Assembly: GCA_963924565.1 (NCBI GenBank)
Contig: OZ004608.1
Location: forward strand, 11,780,001 to 11,844,000
Direction of reading: 5' to 3'
Origin: Ascidiella aspersa
Taxonomy: Eukaryota
Length of the DNA stretch: 64,000 nt
This document shows positions 1-10,850 of the stretch, piece after piece. Every line of letters starts with the position of its first letter. Position 1 is the first letter of the stretch. Made by a program: the position numbers and the translations under genes. Under the pieces are notes generated by a model. It had not been told where the DNA came from and did not search any database. It saw only the letters and a program-made list of their open reading frames with translations.

Positions 1-586
1 ATTTGGCGCAAAACTAAAAAAAAATTCTTCGAATGACCGCTACCTCAACCTGACGCCAACAAAACACACGGACTATTCATAAAACTCTTATAAACTAGGT
101 GTTCTTGTAATCGCTTCTGCAATTCTTTTTTTGGGACATAACTAAGAGAAAGTAAAGTAAAAACAAAAAATATAGGTAAGGGTTATGGTTGTTTTTTCCC
201 ATTGACCGATAAGGTGGCCGGAAATGTCTGACTACATGATTAGTGGTCTGAGCCCAGTCCTCTTGGCAACCAACCCCACTATAGGGGACAGGTACAACTA
301 CGAAGGTATATGGCCCGAATTATAACTGCACAAGGCAGAAGGTAAACATTTTAGCGTCTAGTTTGTGGTGTTGGGAAAGTATAGTAAGTAGTACAGGTTA
401 GTAGTAAGTAGTTTTTAGTTTCTTAGTTATTTTGAATTTTACTTATTTTACTTTTATTGATGCCCCCCAACCCCCCCAAAAAACGGTTTTCCTACGGGGA
501 AAACTGCGAGGTTTTACTAAACTCGGTAAAGACCTCACATGAAGCCTGTTACCTTATTTACATAGAAGTAATTTAATTTCAGTTAC

Positions 587-754
587 CTGGTCGACTCCTA
601 TCATGCAAGACGCATAAGCCCTGGTCAGTTCTGAGTACCCGAAGGACATAAGAACCCCGCTATAGATAGCAAAGGGGGCGACTAAGAGTAGGGTCGGAGA
701 CAATAGATGGCGCAGCGTGGCTTTCACTGTGGAAAATGCGACACGCCATTTGTC
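587..754 (-). CDS. UNC93A: UNC93A-like coding exon 7 (DKWRVAFSTVKATLRHLL...ELTRAYASCMIGVDQ)
   Basis: TTGCAG acceptor, CAG|GTAACT donor; T(R/K)AY.SC..G motif. Confidence 0.88.
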
Positions 755-3700
755 CTGCAAACATAGAACAGCTATTAAAAAATGCAGGAACTGACGAAAC
801 CTCAATCACGCGTAACTAGAGTACAACCTCTTGCTTGGTTTGATCACCGAGGGAGTATGTTACAGAAGCGGTATCCTTCATATCAGAAATATTCAGTTCT
901 GCAATGCACATAAAGATTTTTGAAGCCTTAGAGGTGCAAACTTGTGCAAACGCAGTTGTCAAATTCCGAACACAAAAATACACGTTTATCTCCTAAACGT
1001 TTAGGAAAGCGCTTACAGAAATCACATGTTTCAGAGTTGATTGTCAAATGAGAGTGCAAATAAGACAAACGTTTTTTCCAACTTATAAGCACTAAAATAT
1101 GATTTTCACTGTGTGTTCTAGAAAAACAGTCAATTGTAATAACTTCTTAAGTTTCGTGTCAATTTGAAGATTATTTAAAGGTTTAAACCAGAGCTGTCGG
1201 AGCCGGACTCGGGTGTAAGTCGGAGCCGGACTCGGGTGTACTAGAGTCGATAGGCCGACGTGCGCCTATATACGGTAGCAAGTTAGGAACGTATTTACGT
1301 GGAAAAGTGAAATAAACGGCTGCGTGAAGTCGGGGTTTGACTCGGCGTTATTTTAAGTCGTAGTCGGACTCAGACGTCCATCTAGACTAGAGTATAAACT
1401 ATATTTACTAGGCCGGAGTCGGACTCGCTTTGTTTCAAACCGACTCCGCAGCGCCGTTAAGGCCGCGTCGGGTGCTTTTAGATCGACTTTGATAATTTGT
1501 TACAACCAGTTAACGAAGTGGTTCTCAACCGGGGTGCCGCGGCGCCCTGGTGTGCCATTTTTTAAGCTTAAGGGTGCCTATAGGTAGAAAAAAAATTAAA
1601 AAAAATTAGAAACTGATTTTTGCTCAATTGGTAAGTTTCAACTATTGGTGTACAATTAGTTACCATTATATCAAATGTATCTACATGTTTTAAGTCGATT
1701 GTGTTGTTCCAGTTCCATTTATAGTGACATTTCAGTAAAATAATTAACGAAAATTCTAGTAGGGGTTCCGCAGATCTATTTATTGTTTTTGAGAGGTGCC
1801 GTATAAGGTAAGCCATAAAAGGTTGAGAATCAATGAGTTAACCTAAACCTCAGCTAATATTTACCTTCAGGCTGTTGCGTTCGCTTCAGTTCAACACTAC
1901 CTATTTTTCGAAACTGACATTTGTCGTCCTCCGACGCCGTATCCTTTTCCTCCTTGCCTTCCAGGGACTCATCGATGGGCTTGGTGAAAATGGAGTGCAC
2001 TGCCACGGCGGCGACGATCATGGCGGCCATCACCCCGATCACAATGTTGAGGATCGTCGTTGAGGTGGGAACGTAACTGAACACGATGAACAGTTCATGA
2101 TTACATTTGTCATATACACAGGGTTACCATCTGGTACGATAAAAAAGCACGCTACTACGAACATATAAGCACGCTACTGATAACTCGGCCAGGTTTCTCC
2201 AAACGTTGTTTGGCCAGAAAATGGTAAGGTCTGACTAGCGGGGGCTGCCCAACTGTTGGGATTTACGATTGCGGATAACTGTTAGGATTTACGATTGATT
2301 AACTTGATGAACGTTAAACGACGGAAATATAAGAATCAATGCAAGGAAAGTTATAGTGAGGCTTAATATATTCTAAAATAGGACAAACTAAGCATCTTAA
2401 AAATAAGCGCGTTTCTTATAAATAAGCACATTTGTATTTTTTAAGACACTGCAACCAAAAATAAGCACACATATTAAATAAGCACGGTATGACAACCCTG
2501 GACGTACATTAATAGATTGACATTTGCCATAATACACATCCAACCCTAGTCGGCCCCGTATCGATGTGTAGCTCACAAAATACAAACGATAGCAAAATTG
2601 TGTTTTATACATCACCAAAACCATGTACACCACTACAAAAACGCCATGTAAAATTCAAATTATATATCAAAGCCTTTTCATCGAATATACGCGGTCCCCA
2701 AAAAAACTGTTTAAAACAAAACAAAATTTTCTTTAACAGTGTGTATTTCCATCACGTGCTGTGCATATTAATCAAGCGCGGCTTTGCTGTTAGATCGCTT
2801 TAATGCCAAGCAAACAAGCTTACAATACCATGCATATAGCTACGCCCTAAACGCCTCAGCTGCTGGAATAAGCCGGTTTTCCAACACCAAATTAAGTAAA
2901 TATTATATTCTATTCAACGCCTTGTCCAATAAAACTGCCTATTGAAAAGCTAATTATTTACCGCCAGCATCAATCCATTTGCGGTTAAACGTCGAACTCT
3001 AGCTGGGTTCAACAAGGGCGAATGGGGGGAGACTGTAGGTCACCCAAAACCATATGTTTTGCACGACTAGGTAAACGAAAAAAGTTGGTGCATCACATGA
3101 ACAACATTTACGTTTTTAATGTATTAGTCAGTTTTGGGGAATATTTTAGCCCTATAGGGCGCCGCGCACAACATGGCAATCTCTCATGCAGTCGTTCTCC
3201 AACTTTCTAGCTTGCGGGCCTATTTTGCTTTCTTGGCATTATTATTTAGGACGACTACACATCCGATATTATCAGAAATATTTTAATGTGATAAAAAGCA
3301 AGAATCGTCTGGAAAATACCCTCTTAGAAATGTAAGTTTTGAAAAATCATATCTAATGTAATTTTGTCACTTTTCCATCGCGAGTAACAACTCCCAAACT
3401 TGAAATTTATGTGGATTAGGGCAATACATTCTTTTTTGCGCCTTTAGGAGGCTTTACAGATTATGAACCACCCTGTTCTATCTAGGGGTATAGTGTGTGT
3501 AGGGTTAGTTTTGCTTCGCCTCGCTGTAAACCAGTTGGCGCGATAAATTCATATGCGTTATACGTGCTTTGTGATGTTTGCCGCGGTGACGTTTGGGTCC
3601 TGGCAGTCGTTTGCGCCGCAGACGAGGAGTCCCGTAGAAACCGGTAAGACGGTAATTGGGGGGTCGGTTGTGCTTGCGTTATCGCTCGACTGCGTCTCGT

Positions 3701-5574
3701 TGATCGGAGTTCGTCCCCCGTACAGTATGGCGTAGGTCAGCATGTTGGCAAAAATCTGAAAAATATAAAAATATATATGCATTAATTTTCTTTGATGCCA
3801 TTTTTGCTTTCCTGGAGTACATTGCATATAGCTGGAAGAAGCACCGTACGATTTTATCCCACCGATAACGATCGAAATATAAAAACCTTTTTAAACAGCC
3901 TAAAAGTTTAAGATAGAGTTGAAACCAGAAATTTTTTAATTTACAAAAATGTAAGATTTATTATTTCAGTATCACTGCTTATATAATTTACTATGCTAAA
4001 TATCCAATACACTTTTGTTTAAATGTAAAAACATTTGGCTGAGAAAAATTTGAAAACTGATTATTTTACGCAAAACATTTTTTTTTTATTCCAGTCTGAA
4101 TATTTTATTTTCAATCAATACATGGCAAAACATTGTCGCGATTCAATTCCGATTTGTATTCCGGCTATATACACCAAAGTAGAAATGCAGCCACGGCTAT
4201 ACGCAAACCTGACTGAGTTGAAATCCCATGAAAAAGTATCCCACAAATTCGGTTTCATAGGTTTTCGACTTCTTGCTCCCGTGCCGCGCGTAGCATCGCG
4301 CGAAGTGCACGCTGAAGAGAATCATGTTGGGCCACATTGTAGCCTCACCAAAGCCGGTCGCCACGGAGGCGGGAATAAGCAGATAGGAAACTGAACAGGG
4401 GGATATAGCTATTAACGTAATCTAGTTGGCGATATGCGTGCGTGTTTAAAGTGAAATTGTTGGACAGTGTTGAAAAACAAGTCATTTTCAAAGGAATTTT
4501 TATTTCCTTTTGTTATAAGTTATTTGTCCAAACGACCTAAAGTTCTTGGGAACGATTGACCAAATCGTTGGGAACGATTAAACAAATAGCTTTAGGACGC
4601 CTGAAGTTATCGTTTGATGCCTTGCAGAAATGCGGAACTTAAATTTTAGTTTAAATACATTCAGAGAGACGGCGGTATGATCAAGGTGAAAAAGCGACAT
4701 TGCCTGATAAAACAGAACAATGTTTTACCGATACGGTGTACCAAAATTATTTTACCAAAATGGCGGCACAATTATATTTAACTGCAACACCGTTGCGGCC
4801 GTTTAGGACCGTTCCGGCTAATTTCGCTGGTGCCAAGTCTTTACTAGCTCTGTGACATGGTTATGACTAAATACACGGAAAAGAGGATTGTGGTAAGGAA
4901 GCGACAACTCTATTTGGATAGCGTTACAAACCTACCCGGATAAAAATTGGCCAGCACGTAGAGTAGATAGCAAATTTGGCAAAGAATCACCGCCTGTTTG
5001 GCGCCGAGCACCCGGATAGCAACCGGTGTAAAAAATATTCCCAGAACTGCCGAGGAAACGTAAGTCACCGTCGCTGAAAGGGCGCCTGAATGCAAAAAGC
5101 AAGTTTAAACTTCAATCCAAGCTTCGTCTTTTGTTTGTTCATGGCAACATATACATATTATGAAATGTTGGTATTTATTTAAAAGCTAAGACGATATATC
5201 ATTTCAGAAATTTTTTTGCCGCTTGACAAATAAAAATAGTATATGTATTTAGAATTGGCGAAATTATTTATACAGTCAAAGCAGCAATACGCATTGTTCA
5301 TAAAAAACACAGGGTCATTTAATTCCAGCAATCTACAGCTCTACACTACTTATGACATGTTAATTGTTTGCTGTATAGCACAAAGTGTACAGTAATAACT
5401 TTGCGGGATTTACTGAAATCACGGATCGCACTACAATTTCTTACCGACCCCTCCTTCTATGTTTATGCTTGACTGCAGGAAAAGAATAGCGTAGTATGCT
5501 CCATAGGTTAAAAAATATCCGCAAGAAAACAAGACAAGCTTTAATATCACGGAACGTTTTGGGGATAAATCCAT
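587..5574 (-). CDS. UNC93A: UNC-93 homolog A-like MFS membrane protein, spliced, 3'-partial. Exons 5574-5445, 5085-4936, 4390-4209, 3755-3568, 2076-1865, 898-828, 754-587 (367 codons); continues beyond the left edge
   Basis: The exons join in phase (1,1,0,2,1,0) into one ORF with UNC-93 family motifs: YGAYYAILFLQSSINIEGGVG, YVLANFYP.SYLLIPAS..TGFGEATMW, YFFMGFQLSQIFANMLT, CGANDCQ, ELTRAYASCMIGV. Multiple hydrophobic TM segments. Confidence 0.9.
828..898 (-). CDS. UNC93A: UNC93A-like coding exon 6 (ELNISDMKDTASVTYSLGDQTKQE)
   Basis: TTGCAG acceptor, GAG|GTTGTA donor; 71 nt, exactly reconciles phase 1 to phase 0 between the flanking exons. Confidence 0.75.
1189..1456. mobile_element. MITE with internal GAGTCG/GACTCG subrepeats
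   Basis: Imperfect TIRs CAGAGCTGTCGGAGCCGG ... CCGACTCCGCAGCGCCG; internal duplication GTCGGAGCCGGACTCGGGTGTA x2. Confidence 0.65.
1516..1835. mobile_element. Non-autonomous hAT (Buster/Charlie-like) MITE
   Basis: TIRs AAGTGGTTCTCAACC / GGTTGAGAATCAATG; 8-bp TSD AGTTAACG / AGTTAACC. Confidence 0.8.
1865..2076 (-). CDS. UNC93A: UNC93A-like coding exon 5 (YVPTSTTILNIVIGVMAAMIV...QQPE)
   Basis: TTCAG acceptor, G|GTAAAT donor; TM helix followed by a charged loop. Confidence 0.85.
3189..3475. mobile_element. Degenerate hAT-type MITE
   Basis: CAGTCGTTCTCCAACTTT start and ...TATGAACCACCCTG end; no clean TSD. Confidence 0.35.
3568..3755 (-). CDS. UNC93A: UNC93A-like coding exon 4 (IFANMLTYAILYGG...CGANDCQDPNVTAANIT)
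   Basis: TTCAG acceptor; the donor must be AA|GCACGT to keep frame with exon 5. Confidence 0.82.
4209..4390 (-). CDS. UNC93A: UNC93A-like coding exon 3 (VSYLLIPASVATGFGEATMWPN...FFMGFQLSQ)
   Basis: TTCAG acceptor, CAG|GTTTGC donor; absent from the ORF track, translated manually; family motif match. Confidence 0.88.
4936..5085 (-). CDS. UNC93A: UNC93A-like coding exon 2 (ALSATVTY...LANFYP)
   Basis: TTCAG acceptor, G|GTAGGT donor, 150 nt, phase 1-1. Confidence 0.88.
5445..5574 (-). CDS. UNC93A: UNC93A-like coding exon 1 (MDLSPKRSVILKLVLFSCGYFLTYGAYYAILFLQSSINIEGGVG)
   Basis: ATG at 5574; donor G|GTAAG at 5444; LQSSIN..G.G motif. Confidence 0.88.
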
Positions 5575-5856
5575 TTTTCTGCAGGACGTGTGAACAGGCT
5601 CGCAGAAACACACGTTGAGGTTTTGATATATTTATCTAGTAAACAGTGCCTAAAACGCAGTCTATAAATATTAAGGTAGAAACAGCTAGCTGATTTAGCA
5701 TTAAGAGCTTTATAACAGACTTTTTACTAAAACTTACTGAAACATTTAATAAAAGGCTAGCTATACACTGCGACTTGGTTCAAACATATACCTACAATAG
5801 TCTAACAGTGATCCACACCCGGCGTGTTGCAACGAGTACGCCGCGAGACTATGCCA

Positions 5857-5996
5857 GTTGTGCCGCGGTGTAAAAAGACTTTTCCAACGGCACTTCTAAA
5901 GTACAGTACTACTACTAATAAAAACGTTGTGCCGCGGTGTAAAAAGACTTTTCCAACGGCACTTCTAAAGTACATTACTACTACTAATAAAAACGT
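5857..5996. repeat. 69-bp tandem duplication (2 copies, 1 mismatch), probably within a MITE remnant
   Basis: GTTGTGCCGCGGTGTAAAAAGACTTTTCC...CTAATAAAAAC at 5857 and 5926. Confidence 0.9.
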
Positions 5997-6133
5997 ACAT
6001 GTTTATTGTTTAGGTTCTAATGAATCCGCCACGGTTCGCAGTGCATTTTCTTAATCTTAGCTGTTATTTGTTGCACAAATTTATCTTGGTTGGTGTTTCA
6101 TAACACTAATCTAACATTAAAAAAACGAAATAC

Positions 6134-6321
6134 AATATATAGAAATCGCTCTTCTGGTGTAAACGAAGTAGCCTACTAACCGGCGTTTAGGCAACGGATA
6201 CCAGCTGACCTTATCAGGGTTAATAATTAAAACGAAATGCGTTAGCCAGCTTATATATTAAAACGAATATGATACGTCGGTTTATACTTCGTTTACACCA
6301 GAAGAGCGATTTCTATATATT
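6134..6321. mobile_element. MITE with a perfect 37-bp terminal inverted repeat in a TA-rich context
   Basis: 6134-6170 AATATATAGAAATCGCTCTTCTGGTGTAAACGAAGTA is the exact reverse complement of 6285-6321. Confidence 0.8.
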
Positions 6322-6779
6322 TATTATGTTGCCTGGTGGAGCGAACTCTTTTTTAAAGTTTTTGCAGACGATCTTTTCCTATGGAAATGAAAGGTTTAGT
6401 CTGTGGAAAATGCACCTCTTCCACGAAAAATGGTTGACGTTCATTGCCGATAGGTAATGCAAACTAGTTTTATATTTAGTCACCAACACGACATACCGTG
6501 TTTGCGTTGCAAACTAACTTGAATCCATAGTTTAAACATGGTCTTGCAATGGGTTAAATGTTGAAAGATGCCATTTAGGCACTCTTTTAAAACTTATGTG
6601 TTTTATTATCATAGAATAAAACGTAACTGGATGTACGCCACATTTATACAACTTTAAACGCTAAAGAATAGTTTATGCTCCAACATAAGTCGGGAAATTT
6701 TTTCTCTGTAAATTAACAAACCGTAACAATTTTGTCGCACGCTATGTTTAAACTGCTAAAATAAAATGTTTCAGAAGAT

Positions 6780-7307
6780 GGGTCGATTATTTTTTGACCT
6801 AAAAAATGAGAAATTCTGACCTATAAATAAAATTTTTGGCAAATTTGGCCTAAAAATATTTTATGTATTGCATTAGTGTCTCGTCGTCAGTTACTCGTTT
6901 TCGAGGTTTTACTGACAACCGGTCGAAAAGATATAGTAATTTTTGCGTGTTCAAAATGCAAATATCTTTAAAGTGCTTAGTGATATTTTTGTATGTCAAA
7001 AAGCCAAAATTATAAAAATGCCAAGGAAAAGCAAGACGCGGGTTATTTTTGAAAATTATTATGTAAACAGTTTTGTTAAAATTAAAGGTAAAAATAAATC
7101 TAAATGCACAACTATTCAAAGCAAAATCTAAGTTTGAAAAACACTATATCGTGTATAAAATTTTAAACTAACCGCCAATTTCAAAACGCCAATTACACAG
7201 TTTTTGTTAATTTTGTAACGATTTTCGAACATTTTGTAAACGATTTGGATCGAAAGTATAAATTTAGACAAAATGTTGACGTTTTTTGACCGAAAAAATA
7301 ATCGCCC
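6780..7307. mobile_element. AT-rich non-autonomous DNA transposon / MITE
   Basis: Ends GGGTCGATTATTTTTT... / ...AAAAAATAATCGCCC form imperfect TIRs. Confidence 0.5.
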
Positions 7308-7334
7308 TGTTCATGAGTAACAGCTGAAGTAGAC

Positions 7335-7627
7335 CAGTGGTTCTCAAACTTATTGAGCTTGCGGCACACTAAAAACACATAAAAATCGCGACACAGTTTC
7401 TGCATAAACAATTAATGTTGGCATTCACCCTTGTGCGCTAATACAACGGCAAGGCAATCGGAATAAAACTATAACTCTCACTATAGTTTGATGGATAGGT
7501 TGCATTTACGTTTCGCATGCCTACCGCTTGCCATATTTGTTATATCAATGTTTACTTTTCAAAATTACCAATCGACAGACTCAATAGTTCTCCTAGTGTG
7601 CCGCGGCACACAGTTTAAGAATCACTG
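7335..7627. mobile_element. Non-autonomous hAT MITE
   Basis: TIRs CAGTGGTTCTCAAACT / AGTTTAAGAATCACTG; GCGGCACAC subterminal motifs; TSD degenerate. Confidence 0.75.
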
Positions 7628-9539
7628 GGCAATACGGAAAGTGGCCAGTACGTGAATTTTTCGCACTTGTTTTTTTAGTTTATCTTCTGGACGGGAAGGC
7701 TTGCATTGTTTGCATTATGCTATTTGTATGTTGACACCCTTATGTTTTTAACTAGCACGATTACTTCCCTGACGTTAGACAGGATAATTAATTTGTACTG
7801 TCTGCTTGCTTTCCTAGATGTTTGAAAGCTTTACCAAAAGATTTTGTAGTGGACGTTTATTATAATTATTTGTTCCTATTATTCGAAACTAAGCTTTAAC
7901 TAAATTTGAGGACGTGACCCAATGCAGTTCGTCACCGCAATACTCACCACGTAAAGTACCGCAACACGGATATGTTATTTACCTCCCGCTAATTTGCCTC
8001 TGCTAAATAAATGGCCAAGCTATGTGTACAAAAGCGGTTGGAAAAAAGCCAATGTAACTAAACTGGAAAATGGCTCAACTCACTTAATTAACATAATGCA
8101 ACAGACAGAAGCTGTAATACTAGACCGTTAGTACTGGACCCTGGACCTTACGCTATTCCTGTTGACGTTTAATACAAAGCTGTGGTTAATCTGTTGAAAC
8201 ACGCAACTTTACAAATGGAGTCGGATTCAATCTTAGCGTAAACCAGACAAGTTTGCGCTCGATAATCTTTAACAGCATTCTAATCAACGAGAATCACTTT
8301 TTAACAAAACAGTTTATCCTTGCAATTTGTTACTTATACCAGTGTTAAAACCCGTAGTTCGAATCGGACTGTAAACTAATTTTGAGTTAAAATAGTTTGT
8401 CATTATTAGAAAGAAACATTATTGGTAGGCTACACTTGATTTCGTTTGTTTTTTGTAGGCTCCATACCATGCAGATACATATTTTAACAGGGAGACATGC
8501 CCACCATGCTATCAGAACTTCACTAAATCGAAACTAAACAAACTGTTATTGCATTACAGAAATGCATAATGCCAGGTCGCCTATAGGCTAGATGTTTTGT
8601 ATATTCGAAACATTCAGCATAGCTCGCTCTCAATAAAACAACTTACAGCGCAGTAAATACACGTCTCGCTAGTAAGGCGTGCATTTTTCTTGTGGTTTGC
8701 AGTCGAATTCGAATACAACTAGCGACAAAGAAAAGCGAACGCGTTTAGGGAAAAAGGGTTCAGTTAATACCTTGAAAGCAAGCGGAAAAAGGAAATAGCA
8801 GAAACGTTTTTAAACAGACTATTCGACAGCACAGTCAGCACACGCAAAACAAACACTGTAAATAACAAATACAGATGCTTGCTCTCTACACAGGCCTAGA
8901 ATGAAATGGTTTGTTTATTTCATTAGTTTTATTGTATGCGGGTCTTCTGGAATCCTTTGAGCCTATAGCATTTTCCTATCGTTACAACATCACTCTGGCA
9001 TGAACCTCACGTTACATCTAAATATACGTGGCCTGGTTTGTTCGTTGCAAGAGAGAGGCAGAGCAAAGTGCCGCGAGGGACTTCGCGACACTTTTAATAC
9101 TGCAGAAAGAAAGTTTTTTCCGAGACAAATAAAATTGGCTCCCTTTCTATTTTTGAGTATTGCGCTCGCCTAAAACGCGAATTTCCTTGACAGTTTTTTG
9201 TGGCAGACTTTGCCAAGTGCAGCTCGCTGTAGCCGCCTAATGGTCAAGACAATTTTCGCTTATTTTTTGTGCTTATTGCGGTGGTTTTAACAGTAAGCAG
9301 TTGTCACTTTAAAGCGGGTTACAGATTTTTCTCATGGTTGGACGCCATTTGGTACCGATATTACGGGTTTGATTGGACATCACGCATCAGGCGAACATTT
9401 TCTGCTACGACTTAAGGTTTACGTGTTTACGCCCAAACAAACAAACTAGAAAGACGTAAGAGAACAAAAATAGGATCTATCAGAAAGCGACAGGTTGGGG
9501 TAAAGCTCACTAAACTTTAAATATTGCGATTTTCTAGAG

Positions 9540-9787
9540 CAGAAGTTCCAAAACTTTTTGTAGGTGAGAAATTAGACTTCAGAAATTTGCTGTTTCCAGT
9601 CCAAAAATGTGAAATGTAATGAAGTTTAAATATAGTGCAAAAACGTTTTATTTTTAACTATATCCTACTTATTTCGTTGAAAAATTGATTGCTTATAATT
9701 ACACTAATAGTCCAAGCCTTTATGGACCCCCTAAAACTAGTTCACGCACCCACAAGGGGCCCATGGACCCCAGTTTAAGAAACCCTG
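9540..9787. mobile_element. Non-autonomous hAT MITE (same family as 62069-62360)
   Basis: Perfect 8-bp TSD TTCTAGAG on both sides; termini CAGAAGTTCCAAAACT / AGTTTAAGAAACCCTG. Confidence 0.85.
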
Positions 9788-10052
9788 TTCTAGAGTTTAA
9801 ATCACACGTAGTTTATGATTGTTTTTAACCGATTTGAGCGTAAAACCAACATATAAAGCGTCGATAACGACTTTGCATACTTACAAATGATATATTACGA
9901 ACCACGCACATAACAGTAAACAGTTCCACAGTACATAATCGACATAAGTACCAAACAGAAGAGTTACAGTTTTTTTGTAATGAAATTAAAAGTTTTGAAC
10001 ACTTTCAAGAGGTAAATTATTCCCCAATGTTTTGCAATTCAACAGGGTTTCA

Positions 10053-10850
10053 GGGACTCCAGCCATAAGACCGAGATAAGAACAACACCAACGTCAGAAT
10101 AAAACACAATTCGGAATAAGGCCAAAATAGGACTAATACCTAATAGTATTACTACCGTCTAAATCGGAATAAGTCATAAATCCGTCAGAATAAGACCTAA
10201 AAGGTCAGAATCAGGCCTAAATAACACTTTAACTAACCCCAAACCCCTCCCCTAAGTACATCACTAACTCCCCTAATAATTTCAACACTAACCCATTTTC
10301 AAACTCCACCCATTACCCACCAATAACTCAAACAGGACCGAAAATCCGTTGCCAAAACAGCGGCGCCCTGACGGCGCCGGTCAGACTATGGCGTCCAAAC
10401 CTTGGCACCAAAACGGCCTATGCCAGACCGATGGCCCCTGACCGTCCCATACCCTCTACCCACAGGTTCTGGCGTTATTATGGCTTTAGGTCTTCTTCCG
10501 ATTAATTTAGGCCTTATTCAGATGAATTTAGGACTTATTCCGATGGATTTAGGACTTATTCCAATGAATTTAGGCCTTATTCCGATGAACTTAGTCTTTA
10601 TTCCGATGAATTTAGGACTAATTCCGATGAATTTAGGCTTTATTCCGATGAATTTGGGCCTTATTCCGATGAATTCAGACCTTATTCCGACAGATTTAGG
10701 TCTTATTCAGATGATTTTGATCTTATGCTGTACGCTGTACGGGATATTACGGCGTAATTGGCTGTATTATGTCGTTGGTCTTAAAACTATGGTTTTATAG
10801 ATTTTTCTGCTTTAGGTATTTTTGCTTCTTAGGTCTTATTGTGTGTTCCC
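10053..10850. mobile_element. Foldback-type non-autonomous DNA transposon (possibly MULE-like) with inverted subterminal repeat arrays
   Basis: GGGA..TCCC termini; GGTTTCA direct repeat on both flanks; left-arm CGGAATAAGGCC/AATAAGACCTAA units are reverse complements of the right-arm TTTAGGCCTTATTCCG units. Confidence 0.7.
10485..10715. repeat. 21-bp minisatellite, ~11 copies (TTTAGGCCTTATTCCGATGAA)
   Basis: Directly visible tandem array with no spacers; explains the (MNLGLIP)n ORF. Confidence 0.92.

Noticed and set aside
180-360. Possible next UNC93 exon after a TGCAG acceptor
   Set aside because: Immediate stop in the required phase; the remaining exons are presumably left of the window
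5824-6054. 76-aa ORF with an internal repeat
   Set aside because: Translation of the 69-bp tandem duplication
10402-10800. 132-aa ORF with (MNLGLIP)n repeats, superficially a repeat protein or CRISPR-like array
   Set aside because: It is the translation of a spacerless 21-bp minisatellite inside a transposon; eukaryotic context and no cas genes
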